DNA of 56,876 nucleotides. Origin: a virus. Its lineage: Duplodnaviria > Caudoviricetes. Shown one piece after another: positions 8,008 through 16,282 of the stretch; the stretch's first letter is position 1; every line of letters starts with the position of its first letter. A program made the translations under genes and the position numbers. The notes under the pieces were generated by a model. That model was given only the letters and a program-made list of their open reading frames with translations. It did not search any database and was not told the origin of the DNA. The stretch lies in IMG/VR virus record IMGVR_UViG_3300022179_001846, positions 1 through 56,876 of that record, one strand, 5' to 3'.

Positions 8008-8216
8008 TGGTTAGTGAAGAGACGGCCAAGCGTATCGCCGCCGCGCTGGAGCGGTTGGCGACGGTCTACGAGCAGGAGACGAAGGCCTACGAGCAGGAGG
8101 CCCACGACTATGCGGACGGCACGGGGAAGAGCGCGTGGGTGTCGCAGGCCATGTGCTTCCGCTGCTACCCGCCACATCCGATGGACTGGCACAACCCCTG
8201 TGAGAAGTACCGATGA
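8007..8216 (+). CDS. Hypothetical protein
   Basis: TGATG coupling; CFRC motif. Confidence 0.65.
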   Translation: MVSEETAKRIAAALERLATVYEQETKAYEQEAHDYADGTGKSAWVSQAMCFRCYPPHPMDWHNPCEKYR

Positions 8217-8464
8217 AGCCCCTCACGGATCCTGCCCTGCCTCTGGGCGAGCGCTTGCGCAGGCTCGCGGCGGCGCAAGGCAAGAAGCCGAAGGACATCG
8301 CCGCCGAGCTGAACGTGTCGGTGCAGCACATCAGCCGCCTCTACACCGGCAAGAAGACCATGCGCCCGATGATGCTCGACGGCTTCATCATGGCGCTGGA
8401 CCTTGAGTACATGGCCCCGGCACTGCACGCCGCCGCCGCGCGCGAGTACGGGTTTCGGTTGTGA
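8213..8464 (+). CDS. XRE-family HTH protein
   Basis: LGERLRRL...PKDIAAELNVSVQHISRLYTG. Confidence 0.8.
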   Translation: MKPLTDPALPLGERLRRLAAAQGKKPKDIAAELNVSVQHISRLYTGKKTMRPMMLDGFIMALDLEYMAPALHAAAAREYGFRL

Positions 8465-8697
8465 ACCGCTACATCCTCGCCCTGATTGTCTTCGGCTTCG
8501 TGCTGCTCTGCTGGGGCGTCGCGAAGGCCGACTGGCAGGTGCAGGAGTGGGACGGCACGGCGTGGGTGCCGGCCGTCACGCCCAAGGGCCGCGCGGCCGC
8601 GGCCAACATCGAGAAGACGGCCTGCGAGCTGGATCTCGCAAGCCTCTCGACGGTCAAGCCGTCGGGCGCTAAACTGCGATGCTCGAAAATAAAATAG
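8461..8697 (+). CDS. Small secreted or membrane protein
   Basis: Hydrophobic N-terminal signal ending AKA. Confidence 0.7.
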   Translation: MNRYILALIVFGFVLLCWGVAKADWQVQEWDGTAWVPAVTPKGRAAAANIEKTACELDLASLSTVKPSGAKLRCSKIK

Positions 8698-8706
8698 GAG
8701 AATAGA

Positions 8707-9312
8707 ATGGAAAACGACGTTCGGCTGGTCATTCGCGCCAAGAACAACCTGCTGCTGACCCGCATCGAAGAGCAGGGTTTTCCGACCGCCGCGGCGTTCT
8801 GCCGTCGCGCGAACGTAACGTATCAGACGCTCAACGAATTCACATGCATGCGCCTCAGCCCGCGCATGAAAAACGGCGAGTGGCGCAAGTCTGCTCTCGA
8901 CATAGCAGAGGCGCTGGGCACGCCCCCGGAAGACTTGTGGTCAACCGAACAGCAGGAGCTGACGGACCCCGTGAAGCCCGCTGAAGTCGTGATGTCGATG
9001 GCCGAGTACGGCCGCCGGCTGGCCGCCAGCAACCCCGAGCGCCAGATCGAGGCACGGCAGTACAGGGAATTGATTGCAAGTGCCGTCGACACGCTCAAGC
9101 CCCTCGAACGCCAGATCGTGCGCCGCCGGTTTGGCCTTGAGACAGGAGAGGCGGAGACTTATCGCGCCATTGGTAGAGACTTCGGCGTTACCGGGGCTCG
9201 CGTGCAGGAAATTGAACGCCGCGCTATCCGACGGATGCAGGGTCGCCTGCGCGAGGTAGGCATCACCAAGGCGAACGTGGAAGACGTCGAGGAGACGCTC
9301 GTCACCGAGTGA
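8707..9312 (+). CDS. Sigma70 region-4 domain transcription factor with N-terminal HTH
   Basis: LKPLERQIVRRRFGL...TYRAIGRDFGVTGARVQEIERRAIRRM; AGGAG RBS. Confidence 0.82.
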   Translation: MENDVRLVIRAKNNLLLTRIEEQGFPTAAAFCRRANVTYQTLNEFTCMRLSPRMKNGEWRKSALDIAEALGTPPEDLWSTEQQELTDPVKPAEVVMSMAEYGRRLAASNPERQIEARQYRELIASAVDTLKPLERQIVRRRFGLETGEAETYRAIGRDFGVTGARVQEIERRAIRRMQGRLREVGITKANVEDVEETLVTE

Positions 9313-9376
9313 ACACCGCGTCCTGCACTTCGGCCTTGAACGTCAGGCGCGGGTAGACGGTATCCTCCTCGACAGT
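9312..9376. repeat. 65-bp direct repeat, copy 1 (duplicate of helicase 3' end)
   Basis: Matches 9912-9976 with one mismatch. Confidence 0.95.
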
Positions 9377-9429
9377 CAAGCCGTCGGGGACTCGCCTGCG
9401 GTGCGCCAAAACGAAGTGAGGAATACGTC

Positions 9430-9939
9430 ATGGCATTGCATGAACAGCCTGTGGGGGCCACTGACGAGTGGTATACACCGCCGCATGTTTTCGCCGCGAT
9501 GGGTGAGACATTCGACGTCGACGTCGCGTCCCCCGGTCCTGAGATCGTGCCGTGGATACCGGCGCAGTCCTGTATAACAGCGCGAAGTTTGACCGAGACA
9601 TGGGCCGGGTTTGTGTGGATGAACCCTCCGTTTGGCGGCCGTAATGGGCTGGTGCCGTGGCTCGATAAATTCGTGAAACATGGCAACGGCGTGTGCCTTG
9701 TACCGGATAGAACTTCAGCACCATGGTGGCAGCAGTGGGCTCCTGTTATGGGCGCGGTTCTGTTTGTCAGCCCGAAGCTGAAGTTCATTTCCGCCAAAGG
9801 TATCGCGGGTAAAAGCCCTGCGCAGGGAACGTGCCTCGGCGGAATAGGCCCTCGGGGTGTTGCTGCTGTGACGCGCGCAGCCGCTACTCTCGGGGTGTTG
9901 ATGACCCCTCAAACACCGCGTCCTGCACCTCGGCCTTGA
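9430..9939 (+). CDS. Phage DNA N6-adenine methyltransferase
   Basis: DEWYTP, FDVDVAS, VWMNPPFG, PDRTSAPWWQ motifs. Confidence 0.88.
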   Translation: MALHEQPVGATDEWYTPPHVFAAMGETFDVDVASPGPEIVPWIPAQSCITARSLTETWAGFVWMNPPFGGRNGLVPWLDKFVKHGNGVCLVPDRTSAPWWQQWAPVMGAVLFVSPKLKFISAKGIAGKSPAQGTCLGGIGPRGVAAVTRAAATLGVLMTPQTPRPAPRP

Positions 9940-11218
9940 ACGTCAGGCGCGGGTAGACGGTATCCTCCTCGACAGTGTCGACGGCGACGGTCGCGTAACT
10001 GATCGTCTCCGGTGCCCTCTGACCCTCGCGCGCGAGGCGCATGACGGTCTGGTCCGCGTGGTCCAAACTCCACGGCAGCGAACACCAGCAGATGATGTGA
10101 CCCCCGAACTGCAGGTTCAGCCCGTGGCTGAACGCGGCCGGGTGCGCGATCAGCACGCGCAGGCGTCCTGCGTTCCAATCCTCGACGGCCGCAGCAGCGG
10201 CCTTGCGCTTCGTGCCGCTGCCCAGCACCGGCGCGCCGGGGTACCGGCGCTTCAGTTCGTCGAGCTGCTCGCGGTAGTCGTAGACGAGCAAGACAGGCGA
10301 CGTCTGCGCGTCGACGACGTTGCAGATCGCGTCGACGCGGAACATGTCAAGGCGCTGCCCTTCACCCGTCTCGTCGTAGATGAACCCGGCGCAGACCTGC
10401 CGCATCTTGTTGACGACCTGCGCCCGGCCGCCGGGCATCATGACGTCGCCCTCGATGTTGGCGACGCTCGTCTTGTCGAGTTCTTCGTAGACGCGCCGAA
10501 TGTCGAGGGGCAGCTCAACCGGCACCTTGACGTGACGCACGGGCGGCGGAGCCCAGTTCTCAGGCGACAGGATGAACGTCATGTCGGAGATCGCGGCGAG
10601 TGTCTTTTCAAGCGTGCCCTTGCGGCACTTCCAGACGTTCTCCGTCTGCTCCCACATGTTCGCCGCGCGCCACTTGACCCAGTCGCGGCCGAGCCTGCGG
10701 CCGTGGTCGATGATGCGCGTCTGGGCGAACAGATCTTCGGGGCCGTTGGGTACAGGCGACCCGGTGAGGCCGATGCGGACTTTCATGTGCGTCGTGTGCT
10801 TCAGCGTCGGCCGCCACTTCGCCGACGTGGGCCCCTTGAACTTCGACAGCTCGTCGATCACGAAGCAGTCGAACTCGCCGCCGCGCTGTTCGAGAAAGTC
10901 GACGAGGTTCTCGTGGTTCACGACGACGATGTCGCCGCCGACCGCCGCGCGTTCCTTCGGCGTGCCCGTGGCGACGCCGATCTTGAGGTGCCGCAAGTGT
11001 TCCCACTTCTGGCCTTCCTGCTGCCAGACCAGCTCCGCGACACGCAGCGGCGCCGTCACCAGCACGCGCCGCACGACGCCGTCGCGCAGCATCTCGCTCA
11101 ACGCCGTCAACGTCACGACCGTCTTTCCGGCACCGGGGCGAGCAAAAACAAGGCTCTCGTTGCGTTCGTAAATGTGGGTGATTGCCTGCTCTTGGACAGG
11201 CCGCAGCTTCACGGACAT
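9884..11218 (-). CDS. SNF2-like superfamily 2 helicase
   Basis: PGAGKT, IDELS, LTGSP, HGLNLQ, Q..RLAREGQ motifs. Confidence 0.92.
   Translation of the reverse strand: MSVKLRPVQEQAITHIYERNESLVFARPGAGKTVVTLTALSEMLRDGVVRRVLVTAPLRVAELVWQQEGQKWEHLRHLKIGVATGTPKERAAVGGDIVVVNHENLVDFLEQRGGEFDCFVIDELSKFKGPTSAKWRPTLKHTTHMKVRIGLTGSPVPNGPEDLFAQTRIIDHGRRLGRDWVKWRAANMWEQTENVWKCRKGTLEKTLAAISDMTFILSPENWAPPPVRHVKVPVELPLDIRRVYEELDKTSVANIEGDVMMPGGRAQVVNKMRQVCAGFIYDETGEGQRLDMFRVDAICNVVDAQTSPVLLVYDYREQLDELKRRYPGAPVLGSGTKRKAAAAAVEDWNAGRLRVLIAHPAAFSHGLNLQFGGHIICWCSLPWSLDHADQTVMRLAREGQRAPETISYATVAVDTVEEDTVYPRLTFKAEVQDAVFEGSSTPRE
9912..9976. repeat. 65-bp direct repeat, copy 2
   Basis: Matches 9312-9376; period exactly 600 bp. 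Confidence 0.95.
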
Positions 11219-11469
11219 AGGGCCTCGAAATCCGATACGTTGTCGATGACGTGAACTTCAAATCCTAGCCCACGCAGCTTCGCGTGCCAAGCCGCCTGCA
11301 GCGGCGTCGGTTTCTTGCCGGGTGCCTTGAATTCGATGAACGTAACGCGGCCGGGGGACAGCATGAGACGGTCTGGGACACCCGGATACCCGGCCACGAC
11401 GAGCTTCCAGAACACATGCCCACGGGCTTTGGCGATCTTCCGGCACTTCGCTTCTATGTGCTTTTCCAT
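11209..11469 (-). CDS. VRR-NUC domain nuclease
   Basis: EKHIE...GVPDRL...FIEFKAPGKKPTPLQ. Confidence 0.9.
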   Translation of the reverse strand: MEKHIEAKCRKIAKARGHVFWKLVVAGYPGVPDRLMLSPGRVTFIEFKAPGKKPTPLQAAWHAKLRGLGFEVHVIDNVSDFEALCP

Positions 11470-11540
11470 GCTTTAACGTATCAGGCTTGACGACAGCTTG
11501 TCACCGGGCGTAGCTTCCCGCCAACAAACAGGAGACAGGA

Positions 11541-12659
11541 TTGCAACACGCACCATTCGGATCGTCGACCGCCGAGCGCGTCATCAACTGCCCCGGCTCA
11601 GTCGCCCTCAACGCTAAATCTCCTGAACAGCCCCCGAGCGAGTACGCCAACAAAGGCAGCGCGCAGCACGCCCTGATCGAGCACCTGCTCCTTGAAGGAG
11701 GCAAGCCCGACGAATACGTCGGCGCCGTGTTCGCCGGCGTCGAGATTGACGCGGAGCTGGCTGAAGGCGTGCGCGTTGCTTTCGACGCAGCCGAGGCATT
11801 GCTGGCTGATTACAGCGGCGACCAGCTCGTTGAGCAGCGGCTTGTCATCGCCGAGAACGAAATCTTCGGCACCGGCGACGTCATCGGCATTTCCGAGGAT
11901 GGCACGCGGGCTCTGATCGCAGACCACAAGTTTGGCTACGTCGAAGTCTCCCCCGACAGCCTGCAGCTGAAGTTCCTCGCCGCCGCTCTGCTTGCGGACC
12001 CTGCGTTTGGTGCCATCTCGAAGGACATCGAAGAGTTCGAGTTGGCAATCATCCAGCCCGCCTTCGATCCTCCCGTGACGAAGTCAACGATAACGCGCGC
12101 CGAGGCCGAGGTCTTCCTGCGGACCATCAAGCTGGCGCACTCAGCCAGCAAGGCTCCTGCTGCCGACGTGCGGATTGGCGACTGGTGCAAATGGTGCCGC
12201 GCCAAGGCGATCTGCCCCGCGCAGCGTCAGATGTTCGCGGACCTGATCGACGTGAAGATCCACCCCGACTGGTCGCCGCAGGAGCTGGGCGATATCCTGC
12301 TCAAGGCCAAGGAAGTCGAGAAGCTGATCGAGCACGTGCAGGACCGTGTGAAGCACGAGCTGGCCAACGGCCGCACCGTGCCGGGCTGGCGGCTCAAGGC
12401 GGGCTCGACGCGCCTCGCGTGGGCGCAGGCCGCGAAGGACACGATTGCCGCGCTGCGCGGCCTCGGCCTCAAGGGCGACAAGGCCATTCAACCGATTACC
12501 CCGGCAGTCGCCAAGAAGGCGCTGGGAGAACTTCCCGACGATCTCGTCGTGAAGACCACGAGCGCGCCGTCGCTCGCTCGTGACACCGACGCCGCAGACG
12601 CTGTCCTGCCGGTGGCGGCCTTTGCAAAGGCAGCAGCACTGTTGAAAGGAAACAGGTAA
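11541..12659 (+). CDS. DUF2800 / Cas4-like PD-(D/E)XK exonuclease
   Basis: HAPFGSSTAERVINCPGS, GSAQH, FGTGD, ADHKFG, WCKWCRAKAICP; TTG start with AGGA RBS. Confidence 0.85.
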   Translation: MQHAPFGSSTAERVINCPGSVALNAKSPEQPPSEYANKGSAQHALIEHLLLEGGKPDEYVGAVFAGVEIDAELAEGVRVAFDAAEALLADYSGDQLVEQRLVIAENEIFGTGDVIGISEDGTRALIADHKFGYVEVSPDSLQLKFLAAALLADPAFGAISKDIEEFELAIIQPAFDPPVTKSTITRAEAEVFLRTIKLAHSASKAPAADVRIGDWCKWCRAKAICPAQRQMFADLIDVKIHPDWSPQELGDILLKAKEVEKLIEHVQDRVKHELANGRTVPGWRLKAGSTRLAWAQAAKDTIAALRGLGLKGDKAIQPITPAVAKKALGELPDDLVVKTTSAPSLARDTDAADAVLPVAAFAKAAALLKGNR

Positions 12660-12660
12660 C

Positions 12661-13359
12661 ATGAGCAATCAACTGAGCCTCTTCTCGAAGGGCGGCCTCC
12701 CGCCTGCCGACGTCAACGCCTTCAAGCAGTCGCTGAAGGCGATGTCCTCGGCGGCGAAGTCGTCGCTGGGCGGCCTCCCGTTCCTGCGCATGGGCAAGGA
12801 CGGCGAGTGGGTCTACGGGGCCGACAACACCGAGGTCGAGGAGAACAGTCTCTGGGCCGTGAACCCGTTCTCGATGTCGCTCGGCTTCATCGCGTGGGGC
12901 ACCGGCGGGCAGGAAGGCACCGTCCTCGGCGAGCAGATGGCCCGCGTCGGCGAGGTGCCGGTGCAGCGGGGCAACCTGCAGGATGTCGGAGCCGAGTGGA
13001 CGCCGTGCTGCTCGTTCGAGATGGTCTGCCTCAACGGCGAGGATAAGGGGACGCACGTCCTCTACAAGACCAACTCGGTCGGCGGCCGCCGCGCGTTCGC
13101 CGACATGATGCAGCTGATCGCGGCCGCGATGGACGACGCCGAGGGCAAGTGCGTTCCCATCCTGAACCTCGACTGTGACAGCTACCCGCACAAGAAGTAC
13201 GGCAAGATCTACACGCCGATCTTCGACATCAAGAAGTGGGTCATGCCGGACGCGCAGGAGCTTGGGGGCGCGCCCGTCGAGGTGGAGCCGTCGAAGGTGG
13301 AGGCTAAGGCCTCGACGCAGCCTGCCGAGGAGGGCACGGTTCGTCGTCGTCGTCGCTGA
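12661..13359 (+). CDS. Probable single-stranded DNA-binding protein
   Basis: Lies between the exonuclease and PolA; FLRMGKDGEWVYG, YPHKKYGKIYTP; low-complexity tail ending RRRRR. Confidence 0.65.
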   Translation: MSNQLSLFSKGGLPPADVNAFKQSLKAMSSAAKSSLGGLPFLRMGKDGEWVYGADNTEVEENSLWAVNPFSMSLGFIAWGTGGQEGTVLGEQMARVGEVPVQRGNLQDVGAEWTPCCSFEMVCLNGEDKGTHVLYKTNSVGGRRAFADMMQLIAAAMDDAEGKCVPILNLDCDSYPHKKYGKIYTPIFDIKKWVMPDAQELGGAPVEVEPSKVEAKASTQPAEEGTVRRRRR

Positions 13360-13367
13360 AGCCTGAC

Positions 13368-13399
13368 TGGGGGCGGCCGCAAGCCGCCCCCATTTCTTT
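13368..13399 (+). terminator. Intrinsic terminator
   Basis: TGGGGGCGGC-CGCAA-GCCGCCCCCA followed by TTTCTTT. Confidence 0.75.
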
Positions 13400-13409
13400 G
13401 GAGAATAGA

Positions 13410-16274
13410 ATGGCATTGATCCTGTCCCTTGATTACGAGACTTCCGCGCGCCTCAACCTGACTGAGGTCGGCGCCTACCGCTACGCCCAGAGCGCCAAGA
13501 TCATGTGCGCCGGCTACGCGATCTACGAAGAGAACACGTTCGAGCCCGCGATGGTGAAAGTGTGGCGCGCTTGGAAGGGCGAGCCGATGCCGGCTGACCT
13601 GCTCGCGGCGCTGTCCGACGAGCGCGTCAGGAAGTTCGCGTGGAACGCCCAGTTCGAGCGCCTGATCACGCTGCACGCCGCGGGCCTCGCGGTGCCGCAG
13701 GAGCAGTGGTTCTGCACCGCCGCCCGCGCCCGCGCCTCAGCCTACCCCGGCAAGCTCGACCTGTGCGCGAAGGCGTTGGCGATCCCGCAGAAGAAGGATC
13801 TGGCGGGCGGCAAGCTGATGAAGAAGCTGTCGACCGAGGGCACCGGCACCGAGGAGGAGTACGAGCGCGTCCTCGAATACTGCCTGCAGGATGTCGTCGT
13901 CGAGGCGACCATCGGCATGGTCGTCCGCGACCTGACTGCCGAGGAGTGGAAGGATTACCACGTCTGCGAGCGCATGAACGACAGGGGCATTCCCATCGAC
14001 GTCGAGCTGGCGCGCGCCGCGCAGAAGTACGCCGAGGTCGAGGCCGCCGAAATCGCCAAGGAGCTGGCGGCTGCGACGAACGGCGAAATCACCAGCGCCA
14101 AGCAATTCGCCCGCATCAAGAAGTGGGTCGCCGTGAGGGCTCCCGAGATTGAGGAGCAGTTCACCGACGAGGAGACGGGCAAGTTCTCGCTCGACAGGTC
14201 GGCTCGCACGGCCATCTTCGAGAGCGACCTGCAGATCAGTGAAGAGGTCCGCGAGGTTCTGGAGCTGATCGACGACGCCGGGCGCGCGAGCACGGCCAAG
14301 TACGCCGCCATCGAGAACCGCACCGACACCGACGGCCGGTTGCGCGGCGCGTACCTGTTCAACGGTGCGGGGCAGACTGGCAGATACTCCGCCATGGGAC
14401 TTCAGCCGCATAATCTGGTGCGCGACAAGCTCGACAACAGCGGCGACGTGATCGAGGCCGTGCTCGACGGGGCCTCTGCCGACGAGGTCACGACGCTCTC
14501 CGGGCAGAACATGCTGACGACGCTGGCGCGCATGCTGCGCCCGACCATCGTCGCGGAGAACGGCAACGCGCTGGTCTGGGCCGACTACTCGGCCGTCGAG
14601 GCGCGCGCCCTGCCGTGGCTCTCGGGGACGCCGGACGCGGAACCCTTGCTCGACCTCTTCCGCAAGAACGAGGACGTCTACAAGCACGCGGCGTCGGGCA
14701 TCTACGGCGTGCCCGCCGACAAGGTAGACAAGGCGCAGAGGCAAATCGGAAAAATTTCTACCCTCGCTCTAGGATTCGGCGGGGGAGCAAACGCTTTCCG
14801 CAAGATGGCGCGGGCCTACGGCCTGAAGATCACCGACACCGCCGCAGAAGAAATCAAGGTCGCGTGGCGTCTGGCGAACCCGTGGGCGCGGACTTTCTGG
14901 GCCGAGCTGGAGGGTGCCGCGATCCGCGCCGCGCGCCACCCCGGCGTCGTCGCAGAGGCGGGGCGCATCAAGTACCTGATGCACGGTGACATGCTCTACG
15001 CTCTGCTGCCCTGCGGGCGCCTGATTGCCTACCCGGAAGCCGAGGTGGTGATGGTCGACGGCCAGAGGGGGCCGCAGCCGCGCCTGTCGGCGCTGAAAGC
15101 CTCAATGCACCCCAAGAAGGGTGAGACGGCGTGGCCCCGCGTGACCCTCTATGGTGGTTTGCTGGCCGAGAACTGCCTCGCCGGTGATACGGAAGTGCTG
15201 ACGATCCACGGATGGCTCCCTCTGACCGCCGTGGGGGGTCTGCCTGTCTGGGACGGCGAGGAGTTTGTGCTCCACGACGGTCTGGTGGCTAAAGGTTCGC
15301 GGCCTGTCGGCGCGCTGGACGGCGTCCGCATGACCGCCGATCATAGCGTATTGACACAGGAAGGATGGAAGAATGCCTCGGCCCTTGAAGGACATATCCG
15401 GGCAGCAGTTCGGCTTCCTTACGACAATGAAGTGTGCAGGCTCGCGCAACGGGAAGCGCCTGTGGCTGACGCGCTGCATCTGCGGGGCCGAGAAAATTCT
15501 TGTTGGCGCCGAACTTACGAAAGGGCGCGTGCGTTCTTGCGGCTGCAAGAAGGGGGAGTTGCTTGGCGAGGCGCGGCGTACGCACGGCATGTCGCTGCAT
15601 CCTGCTTTCGCAGTCTGGAGTTCTATGCTGGCGCGGTGTCAGCAGCCTTCTCACCGGGTGTGGCAAAATTACGGAGGGCGCGGCATCACTGTGTGCCCTC
15701 AATGGCAAAAGTTCGAGACGTTCTGGGCCGACATGGGGCCGACGTATCAAAGCGGGTTGTCGCTGGAGCGGGTAGACAACGCGCAGGGGTATGGGCCAGC
15801 GAATTGCCGCTGGGCTACGCGAGCGGAGCAGGCGCGGAACACCCGGCGCTCCCGGTTCATCGACACGCCTTGGGGGCGCATGACAGTGGCGGGCGCAGCG
15901 GAACGGTCGGGCATCGGGGTGACGACGTTGCTGTACCGTTTGGGGCGTGGGAACCCGCTGTTCACGAAGCCGTCTACGACATTCTGAATTGCGGCCCTCG
16001 ACAGAGGTTTGTTGTGCGCGGCCATTCAGGGCCCTTCATCGTACACAACTGCACGCAGGCATTCTGCGCCTCGCTGCTGCGCGCCGCCGTGCGCCGCCTC
16101 GACGAGGCCGGGTGGCCCGTCGTCATGCACACGCACGACGAGGTGCTCGTCGAGGTGCATGAAGGCGAGATCGACGACGCCAAGGCGGCGCTGCAGGAGG
16201 CGATGCTGACGAACGAGTGGCCTGATTTGCCGCTTGCCGCTGAACCGGAGTACGGCTACAGCTACGACAAGTAG
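13410..16274 (+). CDS. polA: DNA polymerase family A (intein-containing)
   Basis: Exo motifs LDYET, AWNAQFE, YCLQDV; polymerase motifs TGRYS, ADYSAVEAR, RQIGKISTLALGFG, HTHDE. Confidence 0.95.
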   Translation: MALILSLDYETSARLNLTEVGAYRYAQSAKIMCAGYAIYEENTFEPAMVKVWRAWKGEPMPADLLAALSDERVRKFAWNAQFERLITLHAAGLAVPQEQWFCTAARARASAYPGKLDLCAKALAIPQKKDLAGGKLMKKLSTEGTGTEEEYERVLEYCLQDVVVEATIGMVVRDLTAEEWKDYHVCERMNDRGIPIDVELARAAQKYAEVEAAEIAKELAAATNGEITSAKQFARIKKWVAVRAPEIEEQFTDEETGKFSLDRSARTAIFESDLQISEEVREVLELIDDAGRASTAKYAAIENRTDTDGRLRGAYLFNGAGQTGRYSAMGLQPHNLVRDKLDNSGDVIEAVLDGASADEVTTLSGQNMLTTLARMLRPTIVAENGNALVWADYSAVEARALPWLSGTPDAEPLLDLFRKNEDVYKHAASGIYGVPADKVDKAQRQIGKISTLALGFGGGANAFRKMARAYGLKITDTAAEEIKVAWRLANPWARTFWAELEGAAIRAARHPGVVAEAGRIKYLMHGDMLYALLPCGRLIAYPEAEVVMVDGQRGPQPRLSALKASMHPKKGETAWPRVTLYGGLLAENCLAGDTEVLTIHGWLPLTAVGGLPVWDGEEFVLHDGLVAKGSRPVGALDGVRMTADHSVLTQEGWKNASALEGHIRAAVRLPYDNEVCRLAQREAPVADALHLRGRENSCWRRTYERARAFLRLQEGGVAWRGAAYARHVAASCFRSLEFYAGAVSAAFSPGVAKLRRARHHCVPSMAKVRDVLGRHGADVSKRVVAGAGRQRAGVWASELPLGYASGAGAEHPALPVHRHALGAHDSGGRSGTVGHRGDDVAVPFGAWEPAVHEAVYDILNCGPRQRFVVRGHSGPFIVHNCTQAFCASLLRAAVRRLDEAGWPVVMHTHDEVLVEVHEGEIDDAKAALQEAMLTNEWPDLPLAAEPEYGYSYDK
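15174..16049 (+). mobile_element. Intein (292 aa) in PolA
   Basis: LAEN|CLAGDTEVLT (block A), TADH (block B), VYDILN (block F), FIVHN|C (block G, Cys+1); removal restores LAENCTQA. Confidence 0.93.
15373..15987 (+). CDS. HNH homing endonuclease nested in the +1 frame inside the intein
   Basis: DISGQQFGFLT, RCICG, SCGC, THGMS, MLARC, YGGRGITVCPQW..FETFWADMG, LERVDNAQGYGPANCRWAT..EQARN; RBS AGGAAGGA upstream. Confidence 0.88.
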   Translation: MPRPLKDISGQQFGFLTTMKCAGSRNGKRLWLTRCICGAEKILVGAELTKGRVRSCGCKKGELLGEARRTHGMSLHPAFAVWSSMLARCQQPSHRVWQNYGGRGITVCPQWQKFETFWADMGPTYQSGLSLERVDNAQGYGPANCRWATRAEQARNTRRSRFIDTPWGRMTVAGAAERSGIGVTTLLYRLGRGNPLFTKPSTTF

Positions 16275-16282
16275 AGGTCGAT

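Noticed and set aside
9312-9976. Repeat pair as DGR template/variable repeats or an IS target duplication
   Set aside because: No reverse transcriptase or transposase, only one mismatch, and no inverted termini
15373-15987. Group I intron carrying the HNH
   Set aside because: Flanks are canonical intein blocks and the polymerase frame is uninterrupted, so RNA splicing is not needed; no intron core was recognised by eye
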